From NCBI GenBank assembly GCA_900542525.1, contig UQNZ01000003.1:48440-112439 (forward strand): a stretch of 64,000 nt of DNA. The letters run 5' to 3'. Below, one piece after another: positions 8,769-18,980 of the stretch; the first letter of the stretch is position 1; every line of letters starts with the position of its first letter. Below the pieces are notes generated by a model, which saw only the letters and a list, made by a program, of their open reading frames with translations, made no database searches and had not been told where the DNA came from. The position numbers and the translations under genes were made by a program. The DNA is from an uncultured Eggerthella sp. (lineage in GTDB: Bacteria > Actinomycetota > Coriobacteriia > Coriobacteriales > Eggerthellaceae).

Positions 8769-9647
8769 TCAACCGCAAATCAGTGCGATATATGCTTCGC
8801 CAAGCTTAAGGAAGTCTGAGACCGCAAGCACCTCACCGCGCACCTTCGGATCGATGCCGCTCCTCTCGAAGAGCTCAGGAAGAAGCGATGATGCATCGAA
8901 CAAAGAATCTGTTCGTTCAAAGTAGCGCTTCATCGAGTTCGCAATAGTCTTACGACGATTCTCAAAGGCAGCATCGGCCATGAGCATCGTTGCATACGTC
9001 AGTTCACTGCTGCGCGCTTCGGTAACGCGGTCAAGACGAATAACCGTGCTCTTCACGCGAGGTGGTGGGAAGAAATTGCTCTCTGCCACTGAGAACTTGC
9101 CAACAGGCTTAGCAAAAAGACGCAACTTGACCGTGTATGCACCATAGTTCTTCGATCCAGGAGCTGCACTCATGCGATCAGCCACTTCGGCTTGCACCAT
9201 GATCGTTGCGCTCTCAAGGCTCTCAAAACGCTCGAAGAAATCGAGCACGATCGTTGCAGCGACCGCATAAGGAAGATTGGATACCAGTTTATTCGGAGCG
9301 AAAGGAAGGTTGTCTGTCTGCACATCCAAGGCATCAGCTGAGATGAGCGAAAACGTATCGGAAAACGGTGCACAAGTCTCTTCGAGCACTTCTATAAGGT
9401 CAGTATCGCGCTCAATCGAGACTACCTCCCCACTGCGCTTCAAGAGCGCTTCGGTAAGCGTTCCGATCCCTGGACCAACTTCTACCACGCGATCTTCTGC
9501 CGAAAGCTCTGCAAGATTGCAGATACGCTCGACCACCCCATCGTTGATAAGGAAATGCTGTCCGAGCGATTTCTTCGTGCTCAATCCGAAGCGATCGAGC
9601 ACCGCCCTAGTATCTGCAACAGAAGCGAGTGAAGAGAGCCGCGTCAT
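8769..9647 (-). CDS. rsmA: 16S rRNA (adenine1518/1519-N6)-dimethyltransferase
   Basis: KsgA motifs GQHFL and VVEVGPGIGTLT. Confidence 0.9.
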   Translation of the reverse strand: MTRLSSLASVADTRAVLDRFGLSTKKSLGQHFLINDGVVERICNLAELSAEDRVVEVGPGIGTLTEALLKRSGEVVSIERDTDLIEVLEETCAPFSDTFSLISADALDVQTDNLPFAPNKLVSNLPYAVAATIVLDFFERFESLESATIMVQAEVADRMSAAPGSKNYGAYTVKLRLFAKPVGKFSVAESNFFPPPRVKSTVIRLDRVTEARSSELTYATMLMADAAFENRRKTIANSMKRYFERTDSLFDASSLLPELFERSGIDPKVRGEVLAVSDFLKLGEAYIALICG

Positions 9648-10207
9648 GTTCGTTGCTCCCCTCTTCCCTGCTCGATCATCTGCAATGCTTCAGAGACGAT
9701 CCCATCTTCATCAAAGGCGATAAGATCGCGCGCATCTGCCACTGAAAAATCCGCGAGAGCAAAAGGAGACGCAACCTGCGCCTGCGCAGGAGCGGTACCG
9801 TACGGGTCTCCGCCCTCGCCAACGAGCGCTACATACAGCGCGCGTTTAGGAGGAAGCGCTCTTCCCTGCTCGATCTGTTGCTGACGCTTCCAAAAGTAAG
9901 GCTGAAAACGATCGAGTAACGCCTTGAACTGCGAAGGAACGCCCGCAAAATAGATAGGGCTTACCACGAGAACAGCATCTGCTTCATCGAGTGCAGAAGA
10001 GATGCACGTAAAATCGTCGGAGTAGATGCAGGTGAAGCTCTCTTTGCAGCGATCGCAACCGATGCAGCCGTGCACAGCAATGCGAGCACATGAGAAGAGC
10101 GCAACACAGCTGCCATGCTCCCGAAGTGCGTCTGCGATCCTTCTTGCAGCATTGCTGCATTTTCCCTGATCGTAGGGAGAGCCTACCAGTATTACCCAAT
10201 TTGCCAT
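9644..10207 (-). CDS. Flavodoxin-like / NADPH-dependent FMN reductase family protein with Cys cluster
   Basis: Flavodoxin-fold motifs (ILVGSPY, SPIYFAGVP) plus a CIGCDRC cysteine motif. Overlaps both neighbouring genes by 4 nt. Confidence 0.6.
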   Translation of the reverse strand: MANWVILVGSPYDQGKCSNAARRIADALREHGSCVALFSCARIAVHGCIGCDRCKESFTCIYSDDFTCISSALDEADAVLVVSPIYFAGVPSQFKALLDRFQPYFWKRQQQIEQGRALPPKRALYVALVGEGGDPYGTAPAQAQVASPFALADFSVADARDLIAFDEDGIVSEALQMIEQGRGEQRT

Positions 10208-11208
10208 GGAGTAAGCTCCCTATCGAGCAGCGAACAGGCATTGCTGAAGAGTTGCTCGAGAAAACCGCGCTGCTCATCGAGCGTGGAACACCCATACAGT
10301 TCGCACAGTTTAGCCGCTGTGAAGATCGTGAATTCTGGCCCGCATTCGCTACCGCGCAGCGGTTCAGGGGTCATAAAAGGTGAATCGGTTTCTGTGAGCA
10401 AGCGATCGAGAGGCACCTGGAGCGCACTTTCACCCACCTCAGGAGACTTCTTGAAGGTAACGGGTCCTCCGAACGCCACATAACAGCCAGCCTCTACCCA
10501 CGGCTCAATGATGGTTGGGGCGAGGTTGAAGCAGTGGAGCAATACCCCTGCTTCAGGAAAGCCTTCTTCTTGCAAGATAGCAAAACCATCATCGTGTGCT
10601 TCACGCATGTGCAAAAGGAGCGGCAGCCCGGCCTTGTGAGCAAGGCGAATCTGACGCCTGAAAGCTTCACGTTGTTCAGGGCGCGGCGAATGATCGTAAT
10701 GATAGTCGAGCCCTACTTCACCGATCGCATCGACCCGCGGATCACGCAAGTCCTGCAGTAGCTTTTCTTCAAGCGCATCATCATAGAACTTCGCATTGTG
10801 AGGATGGCAACCGATCCCAACTCGCACCTTTGGTCTGGCGAACTCGAAACCAGGAAGTTCATAAGATTCGTAGATACGCTTCGCCTCTTCGAACCAAAAA
10901 TCAAGCTGTTCGAAGGTGGTGCGGTCATCTTCCTGCACATCAACGATCGTACAGATGAACTTGACGCCATAGAACGCACTTCGAGCGAGTGCGAGCGCAG
11001 GATTACCAAGCATATCGAGATGCGCGTGCGTATCAGCGATAGGCGCATCGAATTTCGGTGGAGAGACAAGCCGGCACTTTTCCTTCTTGCGCTTCTGATA
11101 GAAGAGCATATCGTGCGCAAACGGAGCAAGATCCGCAAGCGGCATGCTCTCTCCAAAGGAATAAGAAAGCAGATCGGTTTGATTATTCGAGGGAGAAGTC
11201 GATTGCAT
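10192..11208 (-). CDS. tatD: TatD family metal-dependent DNase/hydrolase
   Basis: DTHAHLD and GEVGLDYHY motifs. Conserved partner of metG. Confidence 0.85.
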   Translation of the reverse strand: MQSTSPSNNQTDLLSYSFGESMPLADLAPFAHDMLFYQKRKKEKCRLVSPPKFDAPIADTHAHLDMLGNPALALARSAFYGVKFICTIVDVQEDDRTTFEQLDFWFEEAKRIYESYELPGFEFARPKVRVGIGCHPHNAKFYDDALEEKLLQDLRDPRVDAIGEVGLDYHYDHSPRPEQREAFRRQIRLAHKAGLPLLLHMREAHDDGFAILQEEGFPEAGVLLHCFNLAPTIIEPWVEAGCYVAFGGPVTFKKSPEVGESALQVPLDRLLTETDSPFMTPEPLRGSECGPEFTIFTAAKLCELYGCSTLDEQRGFLEQLFSNACSLLDRELTPWQIG

Positions 11209-12799
11209 CTACATCCAATCGTGGATAGAGCGGCGTACCAGTCTCTACTGGAAGACCAGGCGCAAGCTGCCCCCAAACGCTCGCAGCTTCGATATCGGTG
11301 ATATCGGTGATATCTCCAAGGCCCATGCGATTGAAGACCTCATTTGAAGTGGTAGGCATGAACGGCGCCATGAACAGCGCAATGATACGAATCGCTTCGA
11401 GCGCGTTGTAGATGACCGCAGCAAGCTCATCAGCGGTTTCCTCGCTCTTGGCAAGGTTCCAGGGAGCAGAATCTTCCACATAGAGGTTCACACGACTCGC
11501 AAGCTTCTGCACCGCAGCTGCCGCCGCAGAAAAATCGACGTTCGCCATGGCTTCATCGTATTCCTTGTACAGGTCAGCAGCTATCTCAGCGAGTGGATTA
11601 TCTTCTGCACCCGCAGGAGGTGTAGGCACCACGCCATCGAAATACTTGTTCGTCATGTTGAATACGCGCGATACGAGGTTACCCCAGGTATTCGCAAGAT
11701 CGGCATTGTAGACCTGCACCATGCGCTCGATCGAGATGGAGCCATCGTGACCGAACTGCACATCGGAAAGGAAATAGTAGCGATATGGATCCACGCCGAA
11801 CACCTTAACCAGATCTGCAGGCTTCAAGGCGTTACCACGTGATTTCGACATCTTCTCACCCTTGGTGAGCAAGAATCCATGACCGAAGACCGTGTGTGTG
11901 ATGGGCATACCAGCCGCCATGAGCATGGCTGGCCAAATTACGCAGTGGAAACGGATGATATCCTTGCCCACGAAGTGATACTGCATCGGCCACGCAGCTT
12001 CATATTCTGCAGCGCGTTCAGGGTCGCTATAGCCGATGCCGGTCAAGTATGCCAGAAGCGCATCTGCCCACACATAAGCTACGTGCCCTTCGTCAAAGGG
12101 CAGCGGAACGCCCCAATCGAAGGTCGAACGTGAAATGGAGAGATCCTTCAGTCCGCTCTTCACAAACGAGATGATCTCGTTTCTGCGCGTGACCGGACGG
12201 ATGAAATCAGGGTTCTCCTCATAGAATTCAAGCAGCTTGTCTTCGAAATCGGAAAGCTTGAAGAACCAGTTCTCTTCCCCGCTCGTCTTCTGCACGGGAC
12301 GCTTGCAATCGGGGCAAACGTATTCGCCCTCCTCGTTCTTCTCGAGGTCAGATTCAGCGTAGTAGGTCTCTTCGTGAACGCAGTACCAGCCTTCATAAGC
12401 GCCCTTATACAAAAAGCCTTTTTCGTACAGGTCGTTCCAGAACTTGCGCACGGTCTCAGCGTGACGCGGTTCGGTGGTGCGCACGAAATCGGTGTAGGTG
12501 ATATCGAGCATGTCCCAGGCATCACGAAATGCGGGCTCCATAGAATCACACCACTCCTGTGGCTCCATATCGTGAGCAGCAGCCGTATCTGCGACCTTTT
12601 GGCCGTGCTCGTCCATGCCGGTAACGAACGAGACATCATAGCCATTCATACGCTCATAACGTGCGAGCGCATCAGCTGCGATCGTAGTATAGGCGGTTCC
12701 CAGGTGCGGAGCTGCATTTACATAGTAGATAGGCGTAGTGAGTGCATAAGCGCCTTTTGACATTGGAACGACTCGCTTTCTGATCAGGTAGGAGCACAT
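11183..12799 (-). CDS. metG: Methionine--tRNA ligase
   Basis: Class I HIGH-like motif (YVNAAPHLGTAY) and KMSKS. The true start is likely MSKGAYALTTPIYY at about 12763. Confidence 0.9.
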   Translation of the reverse strand: MCSYLIRKRVVPMSKGAYALTTPIYYVNAAPHLGTAYTTIAADALARYERMNGYDVSFVTGMDEHGQKVADTAAAHDMEPQEWCDSMEPAFRDAWDMLDITYTDFVRTTEPRHAETVRKFWNDLYEKGFLYKGAYEGWYCVHEETYYAESDLEKNEEGEYVCPDCKRPVQKTSGEENWFFKLSDFEDKLLEFYEENPDFIRPVTRRNEIISFVKSGLKDLSISRSTFDWGVPLPFDEGHVAYVWADALLAYLTGIGYSDPERAAEYEAAWPMQYHFVGKDIIRFHCVIWPAMLMAAGMPITHTVFGHGFLLTKGEKMSKSRGNALKPADLVKVFGVDPYRYYFLSDVQFGHDGSISIERMVQVYNADLANTWGNLVSRVFNMTNKYFDGVVPTPPAGAEDNPLAEIAADLYKEYDEAMANVDFSAAAAAVQKLASRVNLYVEDSAPWNLAKSEETADELAAVIYNALEAIRIIALFMAPFMPTTSNEVFNRMGLGDITDITDIEAASVWGQLAPGLPVETGTPLYPRLDVDAIDFSLE

Positions 12800-12862
12800 G
12801 ATGCTCGCCCGATCGCTCGTTTAGTGCACACTGCTTTGATAAAAGATGAATACCCGAAAGGT

Positions 12863-14113
12863 TTAGCGCTCCTCAGTACTGAATTCATCCTGAACAGATG
12901 AAACAGGGATGATCTGCGAAGCTTCGTGCACGATCTCATACGTATCGCGCGCGATCATGTATTCCTCATCGGTCGGGATGACGATGATGGTCACATCTGA
13001 ATTGTCGGTCGAGATGATACGCTCGAAACCACGCTGCTTGTTCTTTTCGGGATCGAGGATGATGCCGAGAGGCTGAAAACCAGAGAAGATCATGCGTCGC
13101 ATCTTCTGGCAATTCTCCCCTACGCCTGCGGAAAGTACGATCGCATCTGCGCCCGACATGAGCGCTAGATACTGCCCGATATATTTCTTGCAGATCGATG
13201 AATACATCTCGTAAGCAAGGATCGCACGTTCATCGCCCGCATTCGAAGCGTCACGCACCATACGAAGGTCATTGCTGATACCGGAAACACCCAAAAGGCC
13301 CGATTTCTTGTTGAGCACATCGTTGACCTCTTCCGTAGAGAGTCCTTCGTGCTCCATCAAAAACGTTACAATCGCCGGGTCGATCGAACCTGAGCGCGTA
13401 CCCATCATAAGGCCATCGAGCGGCGTGAAACCCATCGAAGTATCGACGGGAATACCGTGGTCGACTGCCGTTATCGAGCAGCCATTACCCAAATGGCAAG
13501 TGATGATGCGCAGATCGCTCAAGTCTTCGCCAAGGATCGCAGCAGCACGTTCAGAAAGATACCGATGAGATGTGCCATGGAACCCATATTTGCGAATGCC
13601 GTACTTCTCATAGTATTCATACGGGATCGGATACATATAGGCTTTTGCAGGCATGGTCTGGAAGAAGGCGGTATCGAACACAGCCACTTGCGGAGTATCC
13701 GGCATCAGCTCTTGGCATGCTCTGATGCCGGCGACCGCTGCTTTGTTGTGGAGCGGAGCGAGCTCTGCCAGCTCTTCGATCTTCGCTATGACCTCATCGT
13801 CGATGAAGGCGGAGCGATCGAAGTATTCGCCACCATGCACGACACGGTGACCGACCGAACTGATCTCGTCAAGCGATGCGATGACTGGTTCGTCTCCAGA
13901 AAGAAGGGAATCTATGACGAGTTTGAGTGCTTCAGTGTGATCTTTCAGAGGCTCCTCGATCAGGACCTCATTATCGTCAACACGATGCTTGCGGAAAGCA
14001 TCGGGAGAACCAACACGCTCACACAAACCACGCGCAAGCACCTTATTAGAATTGAGATCGACGAGTTGATACTTGAGCGACGAAGATCCTGCATTGATAA
14101 CGAGGGTTTTCAA
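12863..14113 (-). CDS. ackA: Acetate kinase
   Basis: N-terminal MKTLVINAGSSSLKYQL and the conserved acetate/propionate kinase fold throughout. Confidence 0.9.
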   Translation of the reverse strand: MKTLVINAGSSSLKYQLVDLNSNKVLARGLCERVGSPDAFRKHRVDDNEVLIEEPLKDHTEALKLVIDSLLSGDEPVIASLDEISSVGHRVVHGGEYFDRSAFIDDEVIAKIEELAELAPLHNKAAVAGIRACQELMPDTPQVAVFDTAFFQTMPAKAYMYPIPYEYYEKYGIRKYGFHGTSHRYLSERAAAILGEDLSDLRIITCHLGNGCSITAVDHGIPVDTSMGFTPLDGLMMGTRSGSIDPAIVTFLMEHEGLSTEEVNDVLNKKSGLLGVSGISNDLRMVRDASNAGDERAILAYEMYSSICKKYIGQYLALMSGADAIVLSAGVGENCQKMRRMIFSGFQPLGIILDPEKNKQRGFERIISTDNSDVTIIVIPTDEEYMIARDTYEIVHEASQIIPVSSVQDEFSTEER

Positions 14114-14253
14114 CGAAACTCCTTCCGAAAGCCTTTGAACAATTATACGTTCTGACCTTGGAGGGCTTCTTAACGTACGATAGCTTTATCGGTGACTGGG
14201 TGGACGGCTGCGCACGCAGCCCGAACGGAACACCCTGCACCTATCAGGCAGGA

Positions 14254-14502
14254 TTAAGCTTTGGAAAGTTCTGTGTCAGTTTGCGCATCGTCGATGTTCG
14301 TATCAAGCTCACCCATGAGCACCTCGACCTTTTGCTGCGCATCAGCAAGGCTCGATTTCAGATAACGCAAAAGCGCAACACCACGTTCGTACTTCACCAG
14401 ACTCTCTTCAAGTTCAAGCGTATTGCTCTCAAGCGCCTCTACGATCGCAGAAAGCTCATTCATCGCTTCACGGAACGTGAGGGTGATCTCTTCGTTTGCC
14501 AT
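14254..14502 (-). CDS. xseB: Exodeoxyribonuclease VII small subunit
   Basis: 82-aa helical protein with the FEEAMxELE-type motif. Adjacent to xseA. Confidence 0.8.
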   Translation of the reverse strand: MANEEITLTFREAMNELSAIVEALESNTLELEESLVKYERGVALLRYLKSSLADAQQKVEVLMGELDTNIDDAQTDTELSKA

Positions 14503-14543
14503 AATCTCTCCTTACCGGGCCAAACCTTACGAATCAAAACGGA

Positions 14544-16028
14544 TCAGTCAGTCTCTTCAAATTCGATGATGACCTCTTCATGCGTAGCGGAAACCGCGCA
14601 ATCGATAACGCCATCCGACACTTGGATCGACAGCCTATCATTCGGCTTAACGTTCTCGATGCTCTTCACCAACGCGCCTGAATCATCCTTCGTGATCGAC
14701 CAGCCACGCGCCAGCGCACCAAGCGGCGAAAGATCGTTCAGGCGAGCGCTCGCGAGGGCTGCTTGGGTAAAGAAGCACTCGAGCACGGTCTTGCCCGTAT
14801 TCGCCATAGCAAGATCGTAGAGCGACAGATCGTGGTTACGTGCAGTGAACTGAGCATCAAGGCTTGTAGCAAAGGTGCTCGCTAGATGATCGAGCGATTG
14901 TTGCTGCGAGGCGATCATATGAGGAAGCGCGCTCGTAAGACGCAACCCCACACCTTCAAGCTTCGCCTTATCCGCTTCTCCAAAGCGCGCTAAAGCACCT
15001 TCCAAACGCGCCTGTGTGTGATCGAGCCACTGAAGATCGTTCGCATAGAGATAATGTACATCTCGAAAGAGCGGACGGTTCTCAAAAGCATTCACATAGT
15101 TGATCGAGCGCTCGATGCGATGCAAGAAGACCTGGCTCATGCGCGCGCCGAACGAATCGAGCGCTTCCAAGAGCTCAAAGCGACTCGGGCTGACTGCTTC
15201 AGCTGCCGCTGTTGGTGTCGAAGCACGCACGTCGGCGACCATGTCAGCGATCGAGGTGTCGGGCTCGTGCCCAATGCCCGTGATGATCGGCACGGGGCTT
15301 TGCGCAATGTAGCGAGCGAGTGCCTCATCGTTGAACGGCATGAGATCTTCGAAGGACCCTCCACCACGCACGAGGAGCACTTCTTCAGCCCCCGCACGAA
15401 TGACCGTCTCGAGTCCCGAGATCAGATCGGCAACAGCTTGCTTGCCTTCTACGGGAACACCAGCGAAAAGGATCTTCACCATCGGATAGCGACGGCGCAG
15501 GGTGCGTAGAACATCGTGAACAGCAGCTCCGCGCGGTGAGGTAACCAGGCCGATCGCAGAAGGGTACGGGACTACGCTTCGCTTACGCGCAGGATCCATC
15601 AGGCCTTCGTTCTTCAGCATGAGCGCACGTTTTGCAACTTGCGCACGCAGATCGCCTTCACCGGCAAGTTTGAGCGAAGACACATCGAAATTCATACGCC
15701 CCTTCGGCGTGAATATCGTGAACTTGCCCACCACTTCAACACGCGCGCCTAAGCGAAGTGGAACCCCGGCGCTCTTGTAGCGATTCATCCACATAAGACA
15801 CGGCAATGCCGAGTTCTCATCTTTGATCGTGAAGTAAACCGCCTTGTAGCCAGGCTTTTGATTGAGTTCGCTCACCTCGCCCACGATATGGAAGGTGTTT
15901 TCGGAGATGATCGATTTAGCGATATTGAGCGCTGCTGAAACACTGAGCGCCTTATGTTCGTTAACAGGACGCTCTTCGGTTGGCACGCTCGATGTATGAT
16001 CGAAGCGATCGTTCGACGAAAAGGTCAT
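14544..16028 (-). CDS. xseA: Exodeoxyribonuclease VII large subunit
   Basis: OB-fold N-terminus (GEVSELNQKPGYKAVYFTIKD) and the XseA catalytic domain. Confidence 0.85.
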   Translation of the reverse strand: MTFSSNDRFDHTSSVPTEERPVNEHKALSVSAALNIAKSIISENTFHIVGEVSELNQKPGYKAVYFTIKDENSALPCLMWMNRYKSAGVPLRLGARVEVVGKFTIFTPKGRMNFDVSSLKLAGEGDLRAQVAKRALMLKNEGLMDPARKRSVVPYPSAIGLVTSPRGAAVHDVLRTLRRRYPMVKILFAGVPVEGKQAVADLISGLETVIRAGAEEVLLVRGGGSFEDLMPFNDEALARYIAQSPVPIITGIGHEPDTSIADMVADVRASTPTAAAEAVSPSRFELLEALDSFGARMSQVFLHRIERSINYVNAFENRPLFRDVHYLYANDLQWLDHTQARLEGALARFGEADKAKLEGVGLRLTSALPHMIASQQQSLDHLASTFATSLDAQFTARNHDLSLYDLAMANTGKTVLECFFTQAALASARLNDLSPLGALARGWSITKDDSGALVKSIENVKPNDRLSIQVSDGVIDCAVSATHEEVIIEFEETD

Positions 16029-16037
16029 TGCAAATGC

Positions 16038-16703
16038 CTAGTTATCTCGCGCGGAAAGCAAATAGAGCAACTGCAGGATGGAAATGAGCGCCGCTGCCAA
16101 ATAGGTGAAAGCACAAGCGCGCAATACGCTGGCTGCACCCGCTTGTTCGCCACCCGGAATACCGGTCGATTGCATATAGGCGAGCGCACGGCGGCTTGCA
16201 TCGAATTCTACGGGCAACGTAACGATCTGGAAAAGGACCGCGACCGCATAGAGCGCGATCGCAACATCAACGAGACCGATCACGTTCAGGATAATGCCAG
16301 CGAGCAGGATGAAGATCCAGGTGTTCGAGGCGAGATTCACCACAGGCACGAGCGCAGAGCGCACCTTCATAGGCGTGTAGTCTTGTGCGAACTGGCACGC
16401 ATGCCCCACCTCATGACAAGCAGTTGCGGTTGCTGTGATCGAACGACCGTTGTACGAATCGGGTCCGAGTGTGATCGAGTTATCCTTCGGATTGAAGAAG
16501 TCTTGTCCTTCTCTTCCCATGCGCACTTCAACGCCCTGGATGCCGTAGTAGTTGAGCATGCCAACGGCAACATCACGGCCAGTCATTTGACTGGTGTTAG
16601 GCACATGAGAGTACTTATTGAGTTGATGATTCACATACCCTTGCGCGCCGAAACCGATCGCAAAGGTAACGAGTATGAGCAAAAGATAGGTCACGTGGAT
16701 CAT
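16038..16703 (-). CDS. Zinc metallopeptidase (membrane-anchored, HExxH; COG2738-like)
   Basis: N-terminal transmembrane helix, HEVGH zinc-binding motif and C-terminal transmembrane segments. Confidence 0.7.
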   Translation of the reverse strand: MIHVTYLLLILVTFAIGFGAQGYVNHQLNKYSHVPNTSQMTGRDVAVGMLNYYGIQGVEVRMGREGQDFFNPKDNSITLGPDSYNGRSITATATACHEVGHACQFAQDYTPMKVRSALVPVVNLASNTWIFILLAGIILNVIGLVDVAIALYAVAVLFQIVTLPVEFDASRRALAYMQSTGIPGGEQAGAASVLRACAFTYLAAALISILQLLYLLSARDN

Positions 16704-16807
16704 TCCTTATACCGATTGAGTGGCCACAACAGAGCCGTGCCTCGTTGCAAGAACAGCACGATTCTTTTCTTGCATAGTACTTTATCGCGAGAGTGAAGCA
16801 CAAAGCG

Positions 16808-17962
16808 TTATGAGCGTGTAATCTCCAGATTTCCCTCAGCAATACAAAGCGTGCACTTTCCTTCCATGAAAGCAGCGAGCTCTTCGCCGAGCATATGTCT
16901 ACGCCAACCTTTCATGAGCTCGCATTCATCCCAATGACCGCGTGCGAGTGCCACTAGTTCACTGTGGGGCGCGAGCGTCTGAGGAGCGATATCGTTCTCA
17001 CGAGCGATCTTGCGCGCTATTCCAGAGAGCACATCGACGATCGCATCGACATTCTGCTCACTCTTCGACTTCTTCTGAATATGCGGCAGCTCATCTTCAG
17101 GGCAGTTCAGACCCTTCTTGATGCATTCGAGCACCTTGCGCGCCTGGTTCGTGCGCAGCGATTCGCGCATTCCACGCACCATATAAAGCTCATCGAGCGT
17201 CGTAGCTTCCCTACGACATGCTTCAACGATCTGCTCATCGGAAAGAATCCATTTACGAGGGATGTTACGACTCTGAGCTTCGAGTTCACGCCATGCAGCC
17301 ACTTCACGCGCGGCAGCAAGCTGATGATTCTTGAGCTGATTAACGCGCTTGAGTTTGAGGAAGCGCGTATAAGGATCGCTTATATAGCGACTGGGCTCAC
17401 TCAGCTCCTCAAACGATTCAGTGAGCCATGCAAGGCGATCCTTGCTCTTGAGCGCCTCGACCATCTTCTCGTAGATCTCAGGCAGATAGAGCACATCTTC
17501 AGCCGCGTAGCGAATCTGAGACGGAGAAAGCGGTCGGTGCGACCAGTCAGTGAACGAATCCTTCTTCGCAAGCTCAACATCGCAGTACTGGGAGACCAAT
17601 AGCGCATACGAAGGCTGCTGATTCTTGCCGAGCAGCGTTGCTGCGATCTGCGTATCGAACACCGGAGCAGGTAGTACGCCCGTCTCGCGCAAGAGTATCT
17701 CCATGTCTTGGCTGCACGCATGGAAAATCTTCAAGATGCTCGGATTCGTGAAGGGCCGCGCCAGCGGTTTCAAGCTCTTGAGTGCAAGCGGGTCGATGAT
17801 CGCGATCATACCTTCGATGCCGATCTGCACCAAACAGGTCTTCGGATAGTAGGTTTTCTCGCGAAGGAATTCGGTATCGATCGCCATATAGGGGCTCGCC
17901 TCACAAGCTTCGACGAAAGCCTGGAACGCGGATTTGGTGTCTATGAGTTGCTTCGTTGTCAT
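16808..17962 (-). CDS. rnd: Ribonuclease D
   Basis: DEDDy 3'-5' exonuclease motifs (IDTEF, YAAEDV) plus a C-terminal HRDC-like region. Confidence 0.8.
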   Translation of the reverse strand: MTTKQLIDTKSAFQAFVEACEASPYMAIDTEFLREKTYYPKTCLVQIGIEGMIAIIDPLALKSLKPLARPFTNPSILKIFHACSQDMEILLRETGVLPAPVFDTQIAATLLGKNQQPSYALLVSQYCDVELAKKDSFTDWSHRPLSPSQIRYAAEDVLYLPEIYEKMVEALKSKDRLAWLTESFEELSEPSRYISDPYTRFLKLKRVNQLKNHQLAAAREVAAWRELEAQSRNIPRKWILSDEQIVEACRREATTLDELYMVRGMRESLRTNQARKVLECIKKGLNCPEDELPHIQKKSKSEQNVDAIVDVLSGIARKIARENDIAPQTLAPHSELVALARGHWDECELMKGWRRHMLGEELAAFMEGKCTLCIAEGNLEITRS

Positions 17963-18023
17963 CGTTTATATAAACCAGTTCTCGATCAGGACATCGAACT
18001 ACTATAATGCATTAGTGAGCATC

Positions 18024-18980
18024 ATGAAGGAGCGCGAAGGGGCGACGGTGAAAGTTCTTGTAATTCATAACATCGGCTCAGGCCATGGAGCCGGAGCGAT
18101 CTACGACTTCATCCGTTCCTATGCCGAAGATGGCGATACGATCACGCTGCGCATCTTCAATGGACACACCCCTTTTGCGACCCTGCTCGAAGATGCACGC
18201 GATTACGACTTCGTGGTCGCAAGCGGCGGAGATGGCACGATCGCTGCAGTCACCTACGAGTTGCGCTATTCAGATATTCCCATTCTCCCCTTCCCTTCAG
18301 GAACCGCAAATTTGCTCGCTATGAATCTTTCTTCACCTAATGAACCTCATGCGCTCTGCAAAGTAGCAGACCAAGGGCAGACGATGTACTTCGATTTGGG
18401 CGAGATCGAAACCCCTGAAGCTTCGATCGGTTTCACGATCATGGCAGGTTGTGGTTATGACGAGATCATCATGCGTCTCGCCGCACAGCATAAACAGGTA
18501 CTCGGTCCGATTGCCTATTTCCATGCAGCCTTCACCAACCCCACTCCCCCGCATTCACAGTTCGTGCTCAATATCGATGGGAAGCGTATCGAAAGCAGCG
18601 GCATCGCTGTCGTGTTCACTAATTTTTCGCGCATTCAATTCGATCTGATGGTCTCGGACATGAACTTACCACAAGACGGATTGATCGACGTGGTTATCAT
18701 CAAAACGAAGACCGCGCTCGAATTGCTGCCTACGCTGGTTGCAAAGGCAGTGGATCATAGTGGCAATCTTGCCAAGAAGATCGGCAGCTTAGAGGTGTAT
18801 CGCGGGCGTGAAATCACGATCGAAGCAACACCTGAGATGTATATGGAATACGATGGTGAACCAACACGCCTTCACACACCTTTTACGGTGCGTTGCCTGC
18901 CGAAGGCGGCACGTTACATCGTTTCTGATGATTGCATTCGCTACTTTGAAGAGCTCAAAACAGCTGAACGACCTGCTTAA
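18024..18980 (+). CDS. Diacylglycerol/lipid kinase family protein (YegS/DagK-like), paralog 1
   Basis: DAGK catalytic-domain motifs (VASGGDGTI, GTANLLA). Confidence 0.75.
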   Translation: MKEREGATVKVLVIHNIGSGHGAGAIYDFIRSYAEDGDTITLRIFNGHTPFATLLEDARDYDFVVASGGDGTIAAVTYELRYSDIPILPFPSGTANLLAMNLSSPNEPHALCKVADQGQTMYFDLGEIETPEASIGFTIMAGCGYDEIIMRLAAQHKQVLGPIAYFHAAFTNPTPPHSQFVLNIDGKRIESSGIAVVFTNFSRIQFDLMVSDMNLPQDGLIDVVIIKTKTALELLPTLVAKAVDHSGNLAKKIGSLEVYRGREITIEATPEMYMEYDGEPTRLHTPFTVRCLPKAARYIVSDDCIRYFEELKTAERPA

